Positions 60,409-64,000 of a DNA stretch of 64,000 nucleotides are shown piece by piece. The DNA is taken from positions 32,570 through 96,569 of the forward strand of contig JAAZCE010000040.1 in NCBI GenBank assembly GCA_012513435.1. The letters are read 5' to 3'. The notes beneath the pieces are model-generated. The model made no database searches and was not told the origin of the DNA. It worked only from the letters and a program-made list of their open reading frames with translations. Position 1 is the first letter of the stretch, and each line of letters opens with the position of its first letter. The stretch comes from Clostridiales bacterium (GTDB lineage: Bacteria > Bacillota > Clostridia > Peptostreptococcales > Anaerovoracaceae). The position numbers and the translations under genes were made by a program.

Positions 60409-60749
60409 TGGAAGTCAAACAATTAGCAATGAAAATTGCAGAGCACATAGAACTTAAAAAGGGCGAGGATGTGACCGTGATAGATATATCGCCAAAAGCA
60501 TCCTTTGCAGATTATTTTGTACTCACTTCCGTAGGCAGTGACAGACAAATGAGTGCTATGGTAGACGCTATAGAGGAACTTCTTGAACCACAGGGGATTT
60601 TTCATAAGAGCGTAGAAGGAAAGAAGACATCGGGATGGATCCTGATGGATTACGACGATGTAGTGGTAAACGTAATGACAAGAGAGATGAGAGAAAGGTA
60701 CAACATCGAAAAGGTTTGGGGCGACTGTGAAGCCATGAGGATAAATTAA
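60405..60749 (+). CDS. rsfS: Ribosome silencing factor
   Basis: [26 protein letters not shown]. Confidence 0.94.
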   Translation: MMEVKQLAMKIAEHIELKKGEDVTVIDISPKASFADYFVLTSVGSDRQMSAMVDAIEELLEPQGIFHKSVEGKKTSGWILMDYDDVVVNVMTREMRERYNIEKVWGDCEAMRIN

Positions 60750-60756
60750 TCGGAGG

Positions 60757-63231
60757 ATGAGCATGTTAGAAAAGTATAATTTTAGTCAAATCGAGAAAAA
60801 GTGGCAGAAAAAATGGGAAGAAGGAAATACCTTCAAGGTTGCCGAGGACCCAAACAAGGAGAAGTACTATGTACTGGAAATGTTCCCTTATCCTTCGGGT
60901 AAACTTCACATGGGGCATGTAAGGAATTATTCCATAGGAGATGTAATCGCCAGATTCAAGAGGATGAACGGATTTAACGTTCTTCATCCAATGGGCTTTG
61001 ACTCATTTGGTTTGCCGGCCGAAAATGCAGCCATTAAAAACAATGTAGAACCAAGCCTTTGGACATTGAACAATATTAAGGAAATGGAGGAACAGCTCAA
61101 GGAGCTGGGACTCTCCTACGACTGGGACAGAGAGGTGGCCACGTGCCAGCCTGATTATTATAAGTGGATGCAGTGGATATTCATTCAATTTTATAAGAAG
61201 GGTTTAGCCTATAAGAAGGAAAATCCGGTAAACTGGTGCCCAAGCTGTCAGACAGTACTGGCTAACGAACAGGTAGTCGACGGCAAATGCGAACGTTGCG
61301 GAACCTTAGTAGGCAAAAAAGAGCTTTCACAGTGGTACTTCAAGATTACGGATTATGCCGAAAGACTCCTTGACAATCTGGAAGAACTGCCGGGATGGCC
61401 CAATAAGGTTAAGCTGATGCAGAAGAACTGGATAGGAAAGAGTATCGGCGCCGAAGTTGCCTTTGAAATCGATGGCTACGATAAGGGACTGGATATATTT
61501 ACTACAAGACCTGATACTCTGTACGGAGTTACCTATATGGTTCTTGCACCAGAGCATCCTTTCGTGGAGGAGCTGATTGCAGGCAGTCAATACGAGGCTC
61601 CTGTAAAGGCTTATATGAATAAGGTTCAGCATATGAGCGATATAGAAAGGACGTCAACAACCAACGAAAAAACAGGGGAATTCACGGGAAGATACTGCAC
61701 TAATCCTTTGAACGGCAAGAAGGTTCCTATCTTCATTTCGGACTACGTGCTGATGGATTACGGTACGGGAGCCATCATGGCTGTACCTGCTCACGACCAG
61801 CGTGACTTTGAGTTTGCCAAGAAGTTCGGTCTGGAGATTATTCCTGTAGTAAGCAGCGAAGACCCCCAGATAGATGTATACAATCTTAAGGAAGCCTTTG
61901 ATGCTGAAGGCAATATGATTAATTCCGAGATGTTTACGGGAATGAACAACAAGGAAGCCATCACCAAGATAATAGATTATCTTGAAGAAAAGAAGATTGG
62001 CAAGAAAGCTATAAATTACAAGCTGAGAGACTGGCTAATATCAAGACAGCGCTATTGGGGTACACCTATACCTATGATTCACTGTGACAACTGCGGATGG
62101 GTACCTGAGAAGGAAGAAAATCTTGCTGTTATGTTACCTACAGATGTTGAATTCACAGGAAAGGGAGAATCTCCTTTGGCAACCAGCAAGACCTTTGAAC
62201 ATGCAGTATGTCCTGTCTGCGGGGCCCCGGCCAAAAGAGAGTTGGATACTATGGATACGTTTCTGGATTCGTCCTGGTATTTCCTAAGATACTGCGATGC
62301 GAAAAATGAAGAGGAAGCCTTCAATATAGACAAGGTAAAGTATTGGATGAATGTTGACCAGTATATCGGTGGAGTTGAGCACGCTATTCTTCACTTAATG
62401 TATGCACGATTCTTCCAGATGGCCCTCTATGACCTGGGATATACGACTACAATGGAGCCATTCCAGAACCTGTTAACCCAGGGAATGGTAATCAAGGACG
62501 GTGCCAAAATGAGTAAATCTCTTGGCAACGTAGTCAGCCCAGTTGAGATAATCCAGAAGTACGGAGCAGATACGGCGAGAATGTTCATACTTTTCGCAGC
62601 GCCTCCCGAAAGAGAGCTGGACTGGTCTGACCAGGGTGTGGAGGGCAGCTATAGATTCATAAACAGAGTTTACAGGATGGTATATGAGTTTTCGCAGAAA
62701 TACAATGATGTTCCGGAAAACTATGAAATCAAAAGCGATGCTGACAAGAGCATGGCATATTGGATGAACTACGCCATCAAAAAGGTGACTGAGGATGTAG
62801 GCGGAAGATTTAACTTCAATACCGCTATCAGCACCATTATGGAGATGGTCAACGAAATGTACCGTTACAAGGAGGGAACCATAGAGGCTGGTCTTTTTGA
62901 CTCTGCAATTAAGAACCTCATTATCATGCTTGCTCCTTTCGCACCTCATGTAACCGAAGAAATGTGGGCTCACATGGGTTACGGTGGTTCCGTACATCAG
63001 CAGAAATGGCCGGACTATGATAAGAAGGCCCTCGTAAAGGATACGGTAGAAATCGTAGTGCAGATAAACGGTAAAATTAAAGAAAAGTTAAACATAGCAG
63101 GAAACCTTTCCAGAGAAGAAATGGAGAAGGTCGCTATGGAGGACGATAAAGTAAAAGAGTTAACAGACGGTAAAAACATTATTAAGGTCATCGCGGTGCC
63201 AGGTAAACTGATAAACATCGTGGTGAAATAA
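60757..63231 (+). CDS. leuS: Leucine--tRNA ligase
   Basis: [19 protein letters not shown] editing domain, KMSKS. Confidence 0.99.
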   Translation: MSMLEKYNFSQIEKKWQKKWEEGNTFKVAEDPNKEKYYVLEMFPYPSGKLHMGHVRNYSIGDVIARFKRMNGFNVLHPMGFDSFGLPAENAAIKNNVEPSLWTLNNIKEMEEQLKELGLSYDWDREVATCQPDYYKWMQWIFIQFYKKGLAYKKENPVNWCPSCQTVLANEQVVDGKCERCGTLVGKKELSQWYFKITDYAERLLDNLEELPGWPNKVKLMQKNWIGKSIGAEVAFEIDGYDKGLDIFTTRPDTLYGVTYMVLAPEHPFVEELIAGSQYEAPVKAYMNKVQHMSDIERTSTTNEKTGEFTGRYCTNPLNGKKVPIFISDYVLMDYGTGAIMAVPAHDQRDFEFAKKFGLEIIPVVSSEDPQIDVYNLKEAFDAEGNMINSEMFTGMNNKEAITKIIDYLEEKKIGKKAINYKLRDWLISRQRYWGTPIPMIHCDNCGWVPEKEENLAVMLPTDVEFTGKGESPLATSKTFEHAVCPVCGAPAKRELDTMDTFLDSSWYFLRYCDAKNEEEAFNIDKVKYWMNVDQYIGGVEHAILHLMYARFFQMALYDLGYTTTMEPFQNLLTQGMVIKDGAKMSKSLGNVVSPVEIIQKYGADTARMFILFAAPPERELDWSDQGVEGSYRFINRVYRMVYEFSQKYNDVPENYEIKSDADKSMAYWMNYAIKKVTEDVGGRFNFNTAISTIMEMVNEMYRYKEGTIEAGLFDSAIKNLIIMLAPFAPHVTEEMWAHMGYGGSVHQQKWPDYDKKALVKDTVEIVVQINGKIKEKLNIAGNLSREEMEKVAMEDDKVKELTDGKNIIKVIAVPGKLINIVVK

Positions 63232-63248
63232 AGCAGAAAAGGAGATTT

Positions 63249-64000
63249 ATGGTAGAGAATCAAAGAAATACGACGGCTAAACCTCAAAAGGCTACGCAAA
63301 CCCGTAACAACAGGAGGACAAACAACAATAATAAGGAAGAAATCAAAGCAGGGGCTACGAAAAAGTCTGCTGCTTCGGCCGTGAAAAATTCGGTTTCTCC
63401 CAAGGTGAAGATAATACCACTGGGAGGACTGTTGGAAATAGGAAAGAACATGACGGCAATACAATATGAGGATGAAATAATCATCATAGACTGCGGGCTG
63501 TCTTTCCCTGATGACGATATGTTCGGAATAGACAAGGTCATTCCTGATTTTTCCTATCTCATCGAAAACAAAAGGAAGGTCAAGGGGCTAATCATAACCC
63601 ATGGTCATGAAGACCACATTGGTGCGGTGCCTTATCTTCTCAAAGAGCTCAATGTGCCTATATACGGGACAAGATTCCCACTGGGTCTTATTGAAAACAA
63701 GATGAAGGAGCATAAGCTGAAGGCCGTAATGCATACGGTGACGGCAGGTAAGAAGTTCAAGATAGGAAAGCACTTTAATATAGAGCCCCTGAGGATAACT
63801 CACTCCATTGTGGATTCAGTATGTCTTTCCATCACTACTCCGGCTGGGCGTATCTTTCACACAGGAGACTTCAAGATAGATTATACTCCAGTAGATGGAG
63901 ACCCTATCGATTTCGCAAGACTTGCTCAAATAGGCGCTGAAGGAGTCATGCTCATGATGGCTGACAGTACCAATGTTCTGAGGCCGGGATACACATCTTC
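63249..64000 (+). CDS. rnj: Ribonuclease J (3'-truncated by window; absent from ORF track)
   Basis: AAAGGAG then ATG 63249; IIPLGGLLEIGKNM, DCG, THGHEDHIG, HTGDFK, DSTN. Confidence 0.96.
   Translation, partial: MVENQRNTTAKPQKATQTRNNRRTNNNNKEEIKAGATKKSAASAVKNSVSPKVKIIPLGGLLEIGKNMTAIQYEDEIIIIDCGLSFPDDDMFGIDKVIPDFSYLIENKRKVKGLIITHGHEDHIGAVPYLLKELNVPIYGTRFPLGLIENKMKEHKLKAVMHTVTAGKKFKIGKHFNIEPLRITHSIVDSVCLSITTPAGRIFHTGDFKIDYTPVDGDPIDFARLAQIGAEGVMLMMADSTNVLRPGYTS

Noticed and set aside
1-64000. Numerous short antisense or out-of-frame ORFs in the track (e.g. 38617-39330, 58594-59163, 63015-63464)
   Set aside because: Shadows of well-supported genes, with no RBS or family motifs

Overview
Chromosomal backbone of a Bacillota (Clostridia-like; possibly Peptostreptococcales, an inference from gene content and order). 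It carries pyrD-F-E-B-I, dut, dGTPase-dnaG-sigA-trmK-Nif3, RNase P RNA, a 5xSH3b cell-wall hydrolase, several transporters, mntP, a large CoA-activase fusion, yebC, 6S RNA, htpG, polA-coaE, two tRNA-Leu genes, an RND transporter, yajC-secDF-rel-hemZ-hisS-aspS-nadD-yqeK-rsfS-leuS and the start of rnj. I saw no integrase, transposase, prophage or CRISPR array. The most striking element is at 41915-42547. A Sec signal peptide is fused directly to a eukaryote-type ubiquitin domain (56/70 identical to human ubiquitin by manual alignment; K11/K33/K48 all Gln, I44 patch altered, no C-terminal GG). The frame continues past one in-frame TAG into an Ig-like repeat and a sortase-like anchor. Just downstream, a partial copy of the tRNA-Leu(GAG) 5' half is interrupted by a 92-bp hairpin-rich insert flanked by AGGCA repeats. 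Other oddities: a split catalase-fold pair whose proximal Tyr aligns to His, an mntP plus CntK-like racemase operon behind a non-canonical attenuator, an XRE-desulfoferrodoxin fusion regulator, a CdeC-like Cys-rich protein and three probable leaderless genes. All family calls come from reading motifs by eye, not from database searches.
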